This document shows, one piece after another, positions 33,620 to 42,249 of a stretch of 44,971 nucleotides of DNA. Numbering within the stretch: the first letter of the stretch is position 1; each line of letters begins with the position of its first letter. The notes under the pieces are model-generated. The model was not told where the DNA came from, ran no database searches, and saw nothing but the letters and a program-made list of their open reading frames with translations. Source of the stretch: a virus. Position numbers and translations under genes: made by a program. The stretch lies in IMG/VR virus record IMGVR_UViG_3300026487_000006, one strand, 5' to 3'.

Positions 33620-33825
33620 GGTGGATGGTGGGTCCGACAGACCACCACCATTCATCGTTAGATGATAGTGTCGGAAATTCTGTCGGAACCCCCGGCAACC
33701 CGCACCGTTACTCAATCCGACAACTTTCCGACGCACTGTCGGGAACCAATTCTGTCGGAACTTTTGTCGGTGCATAACTATTCACTATTTTTGCCTAACT
33801 ATTCAGTCGGATTTTGTCGGCTGAG
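33620..33825. repeat. Iteron array (TGTCGGAA-like, at least 9 copies in both orientations); putative replication origin
   Basis: Copies at 33633 (inverted, centred in an imperfect palindrome), 33669, 33681, 33716 (inv), 33727 (inv), 33737, 33753, 33765, 33805 and 33815. Confidence 0.7.
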
Positions 33826-33832
33826 CGTGGTT

Positions 33833-36139
33833 TTAGTCTGCTAAATCCACATCTTCTAATACATCAGTAAAGTCATTCGGGCCGACAGGAATACGGAACT
33901 GCAGGTGTCTGTCCTCTTCTCCGTTAAGCAGACGGCCTTTTTTGTCGCGTCCGTAACAGATGATATTACGTTCCGCCAGGGCAATTACTGCTGGTCTGCG
34001 CCTCCCGCCGTCACCGCATATCTTCATAATTTCCGAAAGACTATAGCCCTGCGGCCGGTCTTCGGAATCCTGCAGTGATTCCAGGGCGGCGTAAACTTTA
34101 CCCTCGTCCCCCTTCAGCATCGGGCCGTCGCTTTTCTCCTTAGCCTCTTTAGCCGCAGCCTTGCCGACCTCTGCCGCCTGTGACATGAACGGTGATAAGG
34201 CCACAGGGATAAGCACCAGCGTCTCGTCACGTGGTGAGGAGTCGAACGGGCGCACGGTCAGCCCTTCCAGGTGCAGCGAGAAGTCAGGCGGCAGCTTATC
34301 CGACTGCAGCGCGATAATGGCGTCGTCGTGCGTCTTCTCGATAATGATTTTGCACTTGGACAGGGTGAAGCCGCGTGGCTGCTGCTTGGTGCGGCCGCGG
34401 GCCTTCTCCATGTAGAAGTTAAGATGCAGCGGCTGCGACTCGTCAGGCTGTTCGATGAAGTAGACGAAGTCCACGGCACCGTGAAGCGCACCGGAGCCGC
34501 GACCAATACGACGGGTTCCCTTCTCTGATTTAGCCGGATGATGCACGACGCCTGCACACGCACCCGTCTCATCAGCAATCATCTTAAGCGCGGTGGCGAC
34601 AGCACCCATATCAGAGGATGAGTTCTCGTCGAACGGGTTTTCCCGCAGTGCGACAGCCTGGTTCAGTGAGTCGAACGCAACGATGCCGACCGGGTCAGTG
34701 CCGGCTTTCTCCCGGATGTAGCGCAGGATAGCCCTGCGTCCGGTCTTGCTCGTCATGTCCCAGCCTTCTGACTGCAGGTCAACAATATGCAGCCACGACA
34801 GGTCGTCGCCGTAGGTGAGCTGTAATGCCTGTTTGCGGTCGAGCGTCGTGCTGCCGCCTTCTGCATCGAAATAGAAGCAGTGCGAGCGTATAACCTTAGC
34901 GCCGGCGAACGGGATACCTGCTGCAACACACGCCATCTGCCCCAGCAGGAAAAATGATTTACCGATGTTGGATTCGCCGACCAGCTCGAAAGAGGACTTG
35001 AAGTTAATGATGCCGTCGATGATGGGGTCGCGCTTGGTGAACAGCGACGCCGGCTCGTCCATCAGGTCCTCGTCCTGGCAGATATGTGCTTCCAGACCCT
35101 CCGCCGCGGCGTCGACCTGCTCGCGGTGCGTGTTGGCAATTTCCTCTTCATCGAAGAACGGCAGCAGCTCCTGCAGTTGCTTCTTACTGATGTTATGCGC
35201 TTCGGGCAGGTAGTGGTTCGGTACGCCCGCCAGTTGCAGCGACAGGTGTTGGTGCCCGTTCAGGCCGCGACAGTGGTCGTGCTGGCAATTGAACCGCACT
35301 TCAGGGTGTAATGAATCCGGCAGCAGAATAGCTGTGCTGCCGTCTGTGCCGTCGTTCGATGAGTGCGCCATGTGGTTAGGACACTGGATAGCCCAGCCAC
35401 GACCGGACGACATCATCTCCAGGCCCATCTCGAATGCCCAGCCTGCGATAGCCTGGCTGTTCTCCGACGCAGAGGCTAATGCCTCTTCTGACCACTTAGT
35501 GTTGCCGGATTCGGACGGAGGCTCGTAACCATTGTTCAGCATACGGGTGATGCTGACGGGCTTACCGGTGCCTTCTTCCCATTCAGCGCCGTATGGCGGC
35601 ACGAACATGATACGCGCGCGCTGGCAGGCGGTCAGGTCGACGCCTTCCGTTTCATCCAGGCCGATTGTGTGCAGGAATGAGTGCTGGACGTGCCAGATTT
35701 CGTCGGCGTCCATCGGTCGATTGGTCGGCACCAGGAAGCGGACGGCGCGCGAGTCAGCGCCCCCTTTCAGTGTGTGGCGGTCGGAGCTGGTGCCGTGCAT
35801 GAACCAGGCATAACCCTTCTGGGTCAGTGTGCGCTTAACCTGGCGCACCTGGCGTGTGGTGACGCCGTCAAGGTCAATATAAAGGATAGAGCGGCCGAGA
35901 ATAGTGTCATTACTGCGCACCTTATCTACGGCAGCGGCGATATAGTTCTGCTGTTTCTTTTTGCGGTCGTACTGCTCTTCTGTTTCTTCTCCGGAAAATT
36001 CGATGCCTAGTGAAGGCTCGTCGATATAGTCCATCATGTCCGCAACGAACTCAGGCCATGTAAGGTCGAAATTGCGGGCACGTTTCTTTTTGGCGTCGTG
36101 GCCAATAGAGAAAATAATGTTATCCATGTTGGTTCTCAC
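33833..36139 (-). CDS. Bifunctional primase(-polymerase)/helicase with a C-terminal winged-helix-like domain
   Basis: 768 aa. The N-terminal primase-like region has a Cys/His cluster (CPNHMAH...CQHDHC). Walker A reads GESNIGKS and Walker B-like reads IVAFDSL (RecA/DnaB-like). Confidence 0.8.
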   Translation of the reverse strand: MRTNMDNIIFSIGHDAKKKRARNFDLTWPEFVADMMDYIDEPSLGIEFSGEETEEQYDRKKKQQNYIAAAVDKVRSNDTILGRSILYIDLDGVTTRQVRQVKRTLTQKGYAWFMHGTSSDRHTLKGGADSRAVRFLVPTNRPMDADEIWHVQHSFLHTIGLDETEGVDLTACQRARIMFVPPYGAEWEEGTGKPVSITRMLNNGYEPPSESGNTKWSEEALASASENSQAIAGWAFEMGLEMMSSGRGWAIQCPNHMAHSSNDGTDGSTAILLPDSLHPEVRFNCQHDHCRGLNGHQHLSLQLAGVPNHYLPEAHNISKKQLQELLPFFDEEEIANTHREQVDAAAEGLEAHICQDEDLMDEPASLFTKRDPIIDGIINFKSSFELVGESNIGKSFFLLGQMACVAAGIPFAGAKVIRSHCFYFDAEGGSTTLDRKQALQLTYGDDLSWLHIVDLQSEGWDMTSKTGRRAILRYIREKAGTDPVGIVAFDSLNQAVALRENPFDENSSSDMGAVATALKMIADETGACAGVVHHPAKSEKGTRRIGRGSGALHGAVDFVYFIEQPDESQPLHLNFYMEKARGRTKQQPRGFTLSKCKIIIEKTHDDAIIALQSDKLPPDFSLHLEGLTVRPFDSSPRDETLVLIPVALSPFMSQAAEVGKAAAKEAKEKSDGPMLKGDEGKVYAALESLQDSEDRPQGYSLSEIMKICGDGGRRRPAVIALAERNIICYGRDKKGRLLNGEEDRHLQFRIPVGPNDFTDVLEDVDLAD

Positions 36140-36217
36140 TTGTTGATTTAATCGCCAACATGATTAATAATAATAATGTTGACGCTTAGAGGTGTCAGTA
36201 ACAATCCTAACTTCGAG

Positions 36218-36254
36218 AAAAGCCCCTACTATACTTGGTCGGGGCTTCTTTTTT
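36218..36254. terminator. Hairpin terminator after the HTH gene
   Basis: AGCCCC-14nt-GGGGCT flanked by an A-run and a T-run. Confidence 0.5.
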
Positions 36255-36471
36255 ATTCTTCCCCTGTAGCCAGCCACTTCGCATCGCACTCCAGTGCATC
36301 CGCCAGTTTGAAAATAATTTCTGCTCCTACCATTTTAGTGCGGCCGGTAACAATGTGGCCGATGCCACCCTGTGTCATGCCGGCGCGCTCTGCCAGGTCC
36401 ATCTGGGTAATGCCTGTCGCCTGCATCATGCGTCGTACTCGTACGTTCAGACCGTTACTCTCGTATCTCAT
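36253..36471 (-). CDS. XRE/Cro-type helix-turn-helix transcriptional regulator
   Basis: 72 aa. ..ITQMDLAERAGMTQGGIGHIVTGR.. is a classic HTH_3 pattern. RBS GAGGA. Confidence 0.85.
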   Translation of the reverse strand: MRYESNGLNVRVRRMMQATGITQMDLAERAGMTQGGIGHIVTGRTKMVGAEIIFKLADALECDAKWLATGEE

Positions 36472-36501
36472 TTAGGAATCCTCATGGTTGTATGTGTGGA
36501 G

Positions 36502-36531
36502 ACTATACCGTAGTATTGCATCACACGGCAA
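36502..36531 (-). promoter_or_regulatory. Promoter of the HTH gene
   Basis: Minus strand reads TTGCCG-18nt-TATAGT, with AATAC-tacg-GTATA overlapping the -10. Confidence 0.6.
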
Positions 36532-36557
36532 GCATGAAAATAAATTGGATAAAGTGC

Positions 36558-36584
36558 TTGCAATCGTTAATACCGACGTATTAT
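36558..36584 (+). promoter_or_regulatory. Promoter of the plus-strand replication operon
   Basis: TTGCAA ... TATTAT (15-nt spacer, short) with the perfect palindrome AATAC-cgac-GTATT (36569..36582). Confidence 0.5.
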
Positions 36585-36624
36585 AGTTTGAAGCGTCAAC
36601 CACATATCACTAAGGAAATAACCC

Positions 36625-37140
36625 ATGTTAGATAAATTTCTTGTACTGTTAGAACGTTTCGTTGTTGCTCACGAACTGATTGCCAAGACCAATGCAGAGC
36701 GCGGTACTCTTGTTGTCGGAGACTTTAACGCTGAGTTGGCGGAGCCTGCCGTTCGAATGGTCGTTAAAGAACTGCCTGTCGAAGGTGAAGAGATTATCGA
36801 CACGCCGAAGAAGTCAAAGGCCAAAGCGGCAGCCAAGCCAGAGCCTGAAGACGACCTGGCCGACGATGAAGAGCTGGAAGAGAAGCCGGTGCGCAAGTCT
36901 AAAGCAAAACCTGCGCCTAAAGAAGAGCCGACTGCTGATATCGCGGCTATCCGTGAAGATATTAAGACCATCGCCAAGCACATCGCGGCCGGCGAGTCTG
37001 ACCAGTGCGCCGACCTGTTTGACGAGCTGCTGGAAGAGTACAAGGTGCGCACTGTAACCAAGCTGCCGGATGATGCAGTAGAGGCGTTCTTTAAAGACGC
37101 TAAGACACTTGTCGCCAAATACTACGATTTAGAAGATTAA
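36625..37140 (+). CDS. Acidic/lysine-rich hypothetical early protein
   Basis: 171 aa with a low-complexity KKSKAKAAAKPEPEDDLADDEELEE centre. RBS AAGGAA. Confidence 0.65.
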   Translation: MLDKFLVLLERFVVAHELIAKTNAERGTLVVGDFNAELAEPAVRMVVKELPVEGEEIIDTPKKSKAKAAAKPEPEDDLADDEELEEKPVRKSKAKPAPKEEPTADIAAIREDIKTIAKHIAAGESDQCADLFDELLEEYKVRTVTKLPDDAVEAFFKDAKTLVAKYYDLED

Positions 37141-37149
37141 TCACTATCG

Positions 37150-37173
37150 CCCTGGTTCGCCGGGGCCTTTTCT
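37150..37173 (+). terminator. Weak terminator/attenuator
   Basis: CCCTGG-ttcg-CCGGGG followed by CCTTTTCTC. Confidence 0.4.
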
Positions 37174-37188
37174 CAAGAGGGTTAGGTT

Positions 37189-37386
37189 ATGAAATTATCT
37201 GAAACTGTAAACGTATTTCCGGTACGTGTTGAAGTTGAACCAGGAGTAATATCACCCGAGATAGTTCTTTACGGATGGCATTCCGGGCTAGACGCTGAAG
37301 TAGGTATTTCTCTCGACGCAACTACCGCAGCAGAACTTATACCTGTTCTGCAACACTTCATCAAAACCGGAGAGTTGTCGCAATGA
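37189..37386 (+). CDS. Hypothetical protein
   Basis: 65 aa. RBS AGAGGG. Confidence 0.6.
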   Translation: MKLSETVNVFPVRVEVEPGVISPEIVLYGWHSGLDAEVGISLDATTAAELIPVLQHFIKTGELSQ

Positions 37387-37613
37387 AATTCGAACTCTAT
37401 GAAGCAACCGACAAGCGTGACAACCGCAAGATGATGTGGCTGCGTGACCTGGATAATAACCGTGTCGCTACGTTCTGCCACAAATGGGCCCCGTCGCGGA
37501 TTAAGCACCGCACGGCAGCCTCACCGGACAGCATCATCTGGGAAGATGGCGACCTGTTTAAGAAGCACGCCATCCTGATTGACCGTATCGACGTGTGGGA
37601 GTTTTCGTTATGA
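37383..37613 (+). CDS. Hypothetical protein
   Basis: 76 aa with an ATGA overlap. Confidence 0.6.
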   Translation: MKFELYEATDKRDNRKMMWLRDLDNNRVATFCHKWAPSRIKHRTAASPDSIIWEDGDLFKKHAILIDRIDVWEFSL

Positions 37614-37804
37614 AAAATTACCGTTATGTTCACTTTGTCGCACGTTTCAATAATCGTTATCTCTCCGGTGTAATAGACGCTGCGGCAGAAACGGACGCTG
37701 TGCAGGTCCACGAAGGTATCCAGCTTCACGTTTGCCGTAAGTGGCATTTAAGCGAAATGCATCAGGACGACGTTATTGTCGAAGAGATGAGGCCGATTGA
37801 ATGA
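37610..37804 (+). CDS. Hypothetical protein
   Basis: 64 aa from MKNYRYV. ATGA overlap. Confidence 0.55.
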   Translation: MKNYRYVHFVARFNNRYLSGVIDAAAETDAVQVHEGIQLHVCRKWHLSEMHQDDVIVEEMRPIE

Positions 37805-39090
37805 AACTAAAGCTGAAAGGCACCACGACAAACTCTAATCACGACCATGCCTTACTCTCACCAAGCGCCGCCCGTAAATGGTTAGGTTGTCCTGCGGCGC
37901 TGGCGTGCGAGTTCGGGGTACCTAACGAGTCGGGTGCTGCCGCAGTCAATGGCACAGCAATGCACCATATTTCAGAGGTTATCCTGGCTCGGCTGATTAA
38001 CGGCGAAAAGGCCGACGCTAAGCCTTACAAAGGGTCACACGTGCTTAACAACGGTAAAGGACCTATCAAGGCACTGGCGGCACCGATGAAAGGCGCGGTG
38101 CTTATCACAGATGACTTCGTTAGTCAGGTGGATAAGTACGTCGACTACTGCCGCCCTATTATCGACGCTGCCGAAGTCGTAGAGGTGGAATCCCGTGTTA
38201 ACCTGACGCGCATCCTGCATCCGGGCGTCGAGGTAGACGGTAAGCCACTGGCTACGTTCGGCACTGCGGACCTGGTGGCGGTCATGCCAGACGGTATGCT
38301 CATCGTCGGCGACCTGAAGACCGGACGTCACCGCGTATCGGCCAAAGAGAACAAGCAGATGATGCTCTATGCTCTGGGCCTGCTGCGTGTCTACCGTCGC
38401 CTGTATGACATCACCGCCGTGCGTCTGGTTATCTTCCAGCCGTATGCGGGTGGGGCCGACGAGTGGGACATTACGCCGGAAGCACTGGAGCAGTTCGGCA
38501 AGTTTGCGCAGACGCGTGCGCTTAAGGCTATTGACGCGTTCCAGCGCGGTAAGAAGGGTCTGAAGCCTGCTGACTTCCGTCCTAGCGCAGACGCCTGTCA
38601 GTGGTGCCGCTTTGCAGAGAAGTGCCAGGCTAAGCGCAAGGTTGCTACGTCGGGTATAGACTTCGTGGTTGTGTCCGACGAAACGCCACTGGAGATGTCC
38701 GTATCTCATCTTAAAATGGAGTGGGACAAGCTGCCGTTGATGTCCCAGCACATCGCTGACATCGAGAAGGCTATGTACGCAGCGTTGATGCGCGGCGAGC
38801 AGATTGAGGGGCTTAAGCTCGTCGAAGGTCGGCCGGGTAATCGGAGTTGGGACAACCCTGTATGGGTTGAAGAGCTAGCCTGCAGGCATCGTGTTGACTA
38901 CGATTTGCTGATTAAAAAGTCCGTGATGAACCCTGCCGAGGCGGAGAAGGTTTTAAAGGGGGCCTATGACCGTATGTGGGCGGAACTCGAAACACACATA
39001 GAGCGCAAGCCAGGCCAACCGTCTATCACCACGGCAGACGATAAGCGGCCCGCCTGGGCCCCAGTGTCAGATGACGACTTATCAAATTAG
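37801..39090 (+). CDS. PD-(D/E)XK exonuclease, Cas4/RecB-like (DUF2800-like)
   Basis: 429 aa. Motifs FGTADLVAV, GDLKTGR, QMMLYALG and a C-terminal CQWCRFAEKC (C-x2-C-x5-C) Fe-S-type cluster. Confidence 0.8.
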   Translation: MKLKLKGTTTNSNHDHALLSPSAARKWLGCPAALACEFGVPNESGAAAVNGTAMHHISEVILARLINGEKADAKPYKGSHVLNNGKGPIKALAAPMKGAVLITDDFVSQVDKYVDYCRPIIDAAEVVEVESRVNLTRILHPGVEVDGKPLATFGTADLVAVMPDGMLIVGDLKTGRHRVSAKENKQMMLYALGLLRVYRRLYDITAVRLVIFQPYAGGADEWDITPEALEQFGKFAQTRALKAIDAFQRGKKGLKPADFRPSADACQWCRFAEKCQAKRKVATSGIDFVVVSDETPLEMSVSHLKMEWDKLPLMSQHIADIEKAMYAALMRGEQIEGLKLVEGRPGNRSWDNPVWVEELACRHRVDYDLLIKKSVMNPAEAEKVLKGAYDRMWAELETHIERKPGQPSITTADDKRPAWAPVSDDDLSN

Positions 39091-39093
39091 TGG

Positions 39094-39122
39094 TTGACAC
39101 ATTAATATTGTTCTATTAATCT
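39094..39122 (+). promoter_or_regulatory. Sigma70-like promoter
   Basis: TTGACA-17nt-TAATCT. The spacer carries AATAT-tgtt-CTATT. Confidence 0.55.
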
Positions 39123-39176
39123 TAGCAGCACTGGCCCAGCAGATTCTGGGAGTAAATGAAAAAGTGAGAATGAGAC

Positions 39177-39863
39177 ATGGGTATTAAGCTGAATCTGAAA
39201 AATGTGCGCGTTGGTTGGTTGAACGTATTTGAGAAAGCACCGGACCAGACTATTGACGGTCAACTGAAGAAAGGTAAATTCCAGCTAACCGCTTACCTCG
39301 ACAAAGACGACCCGCAGCTTAACAAACTGGACGCTACAGTGCTTGAAGTGCTGACCGAAGGTTTAAAGTCACCCCGCGCTGCCGAAAAATGGATGGATAA
39401 GAACTACGGCTTCGGCAACCATGCTGACAAATGTGCTATCCGTGACCTGGCAGAACGTGACAAGCCAATCGAAGGTCTGGAAGAGGGTATCTACTTCAAA
39501 GCGACCAGCCAGAAGCGTCCTCAAATTAGAACATCGACTAACGAGCATCAGACCGAACGGGGGCTGACAGTCGCCGGAGACGACATCGAAGGCAAAGAAG
39601 TTTACGCCGGTTGCTACGCTAACATCTGTGTCGAGATTTACTGGTATGACCAATACAAAACACTGCTGGTGAATCTGCTTGGCGTGCGCTTCCGTGAAGA
39701 TGGTGCTGCGTTCGGCGGTGCGGATGAAACTGCTAATGATGATGACCTGTCAGACGACGATGAGAAGCCATCACGCACTAAGCGTCGTCCGATTGAGGAT
39801 GACGAAGAGGAAGAAGAGCTTCCTCGCAAAAAGCGTCGCAACTATGAAGACGACGAAGAATAA
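39177..39863 (+). CDS. ssDNA-binding protein (DUF2815-like) with an acidic C-terminal tail
   Basis: 228 aa, between the Cas4-like nuclease and DNA polymerase genes. The tail is rich in D/E and KRR. Confidence 0.6.
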   Translation: MGIKLNLKNVRVGWLNVFEKAPDQTIDGQLKKGKFQLTAYLDKDDPQLNKLDATVLEVLTEGLKSPRAAEKWMDKNYGFGNHADKCAIRDLAERDKPIEGLEEGIYFKATSQKRPQIRTSTNEHQTERGLTVAGDDIEGKEVYAGCYANICVEIYWYDQYKTLLVNLLGVRFREDGAAFGGADETANDDDLSDDDEKPSRTKRRPIEDDEEEEELPRKKRRNYEDDEE

Positions 39864-39881
39864 GCCTTAACGGCACCCAGA

Positions 39882-39906
39882 GCCCGCCGCGTGCGGGCTT
39901 TTCTTT
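39882..39906 (+). terminator. Rho-independent terminator
   Basis: GCCCGC-cgcgt-GCGGGC followed by TTTTCTTT. Confidence 0.8.
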
Positions 39907-39921
39907 AAGTAGGGATTAACC

Positions 39922-42186
39922 ATGATATACACCCCCGATGATGTCTTTATTGACCACGAATCTTTTTCAGAAGCTGACCTTAAACGTGTCGGCTCTTACG
40001 CGTACAGCGAACATAAATCCACCGAGATTCTGCTCACTACCTATGCCTTTGGCGATGAAGCCGTAGAAGCCTACGACGCCACTGCCGGAGGTAAAATACC
40101 AGCGGAACTCCGCGACCTTCTGCGTTATCTCCAACGCAAGCCTGGTAAGAAAGGCAATCCGAAACTAATCGGGGCAAACTACCTCCTGTTCGACCGGCTA
40201 CTTCTCCGTAACTGCTGGGGTTTCGAGATAGACCCGCGCGATATTATCGATACGATGGTGTGCGCATTCCGCCACTCACTCCCCGGCAGCCTGGCTATGC
40301 AATGTGAAGTACTGCAGATTGCCGAAGAGAACGCCAAAGACAAGCGGGGTAAAGCGCTCATACAACGATTCTGTAAGCCTACTCCGAAGAACTATAAAAT
40401 CCGTCGCTATGATGCATCTACGCATCCTGAAGAGTGGAAAGCCTTTATTCAGTACGCTAAATCAGATATTACGTCGATGCGTGAAGTATTCACCGCGCTG
40501 CCAGATTGGGGGAATATTGAGTTCGAGAACACTGTCTTGGCTGTAGACCAGCGTATTAACGACCGTGGCTTCTTCGTAGACACAGCCCTGGCTAATGCAG
40601 CCATCGACGCGGTAAAACACCACAAGATAGAACTCCAGGCAGAAGCTAACGACAAGTACGGCGCAGGCCTGACCGGTGCGGCTTTCCTTCCGACGCTGCG
40701 CGAACTGGCCCCGGCGCACGAAATCCTCAACGCGCAGAAGTCGACGCTTAACGACCTGCTGGCGGATGATGATTTGCCGGATGACGCACGGGTCATTATC
40801 GAGATGCGTCTGGGGGCCAGCTCCACGGCATCTACTAAATATAACCCGTTGTTACTGGGCTTGTCTGCTGATGGCCGGTGCCGGGGGACGATTCAGTATG
40901 GCGCGGCCAAACGAACCCTGCGTTGGGGCGGCCGTCGATTTCAGCCGCAAAACATTTCCCGCGGCTATTTTGACGGAGATGAACTGGCCCACGGCATCGA
41001 AATGCTACTTAAAGGGCGAGCGCATTGGCTTTACGACGTATCCCGCCTTACCGCGTCTACGGTTCGCAGCTGCATCATACCTGAGCCCGGGAATAAGCTG
41101 GTTGTTGCTGACTACTCCAACGTAGAGGGACGTGGACTGGCCTGGCTGGCTGGCGAAGAGACGGCACTGGCTACGTTCCTGGCCGGTCTGGATATCTACT
41201 GTGTTACCGCGGGTAAGATGTTCGGCCTCGGCCCAGACCTGATTAAGAAGACACGTAAAGACCTGCGTCAAATTGGTAAAGCCTGCGAGCTAGGACTCGG
41301 CTACGGAGGAGGTGTCGCTGCGTTCCTGACATTCGCTAAGAACCTCGGGCTGAACCTTTACGAGATGGCTGACGTGATGAAAGGCACATTCCCGGAACAC
41401 ATCTGGGCCGCCGCTAAACGTGGCTATGAGTACGCCCGCATCCAGGAGAAGAACAAGCGCGGCTTTAACGACCAGAAACCTGACCGTCCGTCTTACGACC
41501 TGCCTAAAAATGTGTGGCTGACGTGTGACAGCATCAAGCGCATGTGGCGTGAGTCACACCCGGCAACCTGTCGATTCTGGAATGACCTCGAAGCCGCAGC
41601 GATGAACGCTATTAAGAATCCTGGCGAAGAGTTCTGGGCCGGCGCAGCGGTGCGGGTGAATGGCGACCGGGCGATTAAGATTACCCGAACCGGCACAGCC
41701 CGTAAGCCGGGGTGGTGGTTAAAAGTGGAGCTGCCGTCGGGACGTATCCTGTCTTATCCCGGTATCGGGATATCTGTTGAAAAATCCGTTGAAGAGGATA
41801 ATGTTGGTGATTACATCGCTCATGTTAAGGAAGGGACAATACACTTGCGCGCTGAACCTAAAGTTACTTACCGCGAACGCATCCGCTACATGGGCGAGAA
41901 TCAGACTACACGGCAATGGGGTAAGCAGTATACCTACGGCGGCAAGCTGTCGGAAAACATCACACAGGCGCTCTGCCGTGACCTGCTGGCCGTAGCGCTG
42001 GTGCGTGTAGATGCTGAAGGCTGGCCTATTATACTCCATATTCATGACGAAGTGGTCTGCGAGGTGCCAAAGACAGAAGAATATTCTGTTGCGAAGCTGG
42101 AGGCTATGATGTGTGAATTGCCGTCGTGGGCTAATGGCTTCCCTTTAGCGGCGGAAGGTGCAGAATTAATGCGCTATGCCAAATAG
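39922..42186 (+). CDS. Family-A DNA polymerase (Pol I-like)
   Basis: 754 aa. Motif A VVADYSNVEGR, motif B RQIGKACELGLGYGGG, motif C HIHDEVV. Confidence 0.92.
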   Translation: MIYTPDDVFIDHESFSEADLKRVGSYAYSEHKSTEILLTTYAFGDEAVEAYDATAGGKIPAELRDLLRYLQRKPGKKGNPKLIGANYLLFDRLLLRNCWGFEIDPRDIIDTMVCAFRHSLPGSLAMQCEVLQIAEENAKDKRGKALIQRFCKPTPKNYKIRRYDASTHPEEWKAFIQYAKSDITSMREVFTALPDWGNIEFENTVLAVDQRINDRGFFVDTALANAAIDAVKHHKIELQAEANDKYGAGLTGAAFLPTLRELAPAHEILNAQKSTLNDLLADDDLPDDARVIIEMRLGASSTASTKYNPLLLGLSADGRCRGTIQYGAAKRTLRWGGRRFQPQNISRGYFDGDELAHGIEMLLKGRAHWLYDVSRLTASTVRSCIIPEPGNKLVVADYSNVEGRGLAWLAGEETALATFLAGLDIYCVTAGKMFGLGPDLIKKTRKDLRQIGKACELGLGYGGGVAAFLTFAKNLGLNLYEMADVMKGTFPEHIWAAAKRGYEYARIQEKNKRGFNDQKPDRPSYDLPKNVWLTCDSIKRMWRESHPATCRFWNDLEAAAMNAIKNPGEEFWAGAAVRVNGDRAIKITRTGTARKPGWWLKVELPSGRILSYPGIGISVEKSVEEDNVGDYIAHVKEGTIHLRAEPKVTYRERIRYMGENQTTRQWGKQYTYGGKLSENITQALCRDLLAVALVRVDAEGWPIILHIHDEVVCEVPKTEEYSVAKLEAMMCELPSWANGFPLAAEGAELMRYAK

Positions 42187-42197
42187 TGTTGTATTAC
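42184..42197 (+). promoter_or_regulatory. Conserved motif AAATAGTGTTGTATTAC overlapping the polymerase stop codon
   Basis: One copy of the 11-mer TAGTGTTGTAT with a -10-like TATTAC. No good -35. Confidence 0.35.
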
Positions 42198-42200
42198 TAA

Positions 42201-42237
42201 GGTGACAGTGCTAGTATCAGTGCTGTCACCTTTTCTC
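42201..42237 (+). terminator. Hairpin with U-tract (terminator or 5' stem-loop)
   Basis: A 12-bp stem, GGTGACAGTGCT/AGTGCTGTCACC, that includes two G-U pairs, followed by TTTTCTCT. Confidence 0.6.
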
Positions 42238-42249
42238 TATGAGGTTTAT

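Noticed and set aside
33662-33844. 60-aa plus-strand ORF across the iteron array
   Set aside because: Its sequence is dictated by the TGTCGGAA repeats. It has no RBS and runs antisense into the primase-helicase stop region.
34161-36010. Multiple 75-110-aa ORFs on both strands inside the primase-helicase gene
   Set aside because: They are nested in a 768-aa CDS with clear Walker motifs, and they have no independent start signals.
36141-36215. Possible plus-strand promoter TTGACG-17-CAATCC and a (TAA)4 microsatellite upstream of the primase gene, which could generate antisense RNA to the HTH gene
   Set aside because: The -10 match is poor and there is no supporting feature. The TAA run is short and is probably just AT-rich promoter DNA for the primase-helicase gene.
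36669-37118. 149-aa minus-strand Ser-rich ORF and 125-aa plus-strand alternative frame within 36625..37140
   Set aside because: These are antisense or off-frame readings of a GAA/GAG/AAG-rich gene. The annotated frame has an RBS and promoter in the right position.
38035-38751. 238-aa minus-strand ORF antisense to the Cas4-like exonuclease
   Set aside because: No RBS or promoter. The sense frame carries the nuclease and Fe-S motifs.
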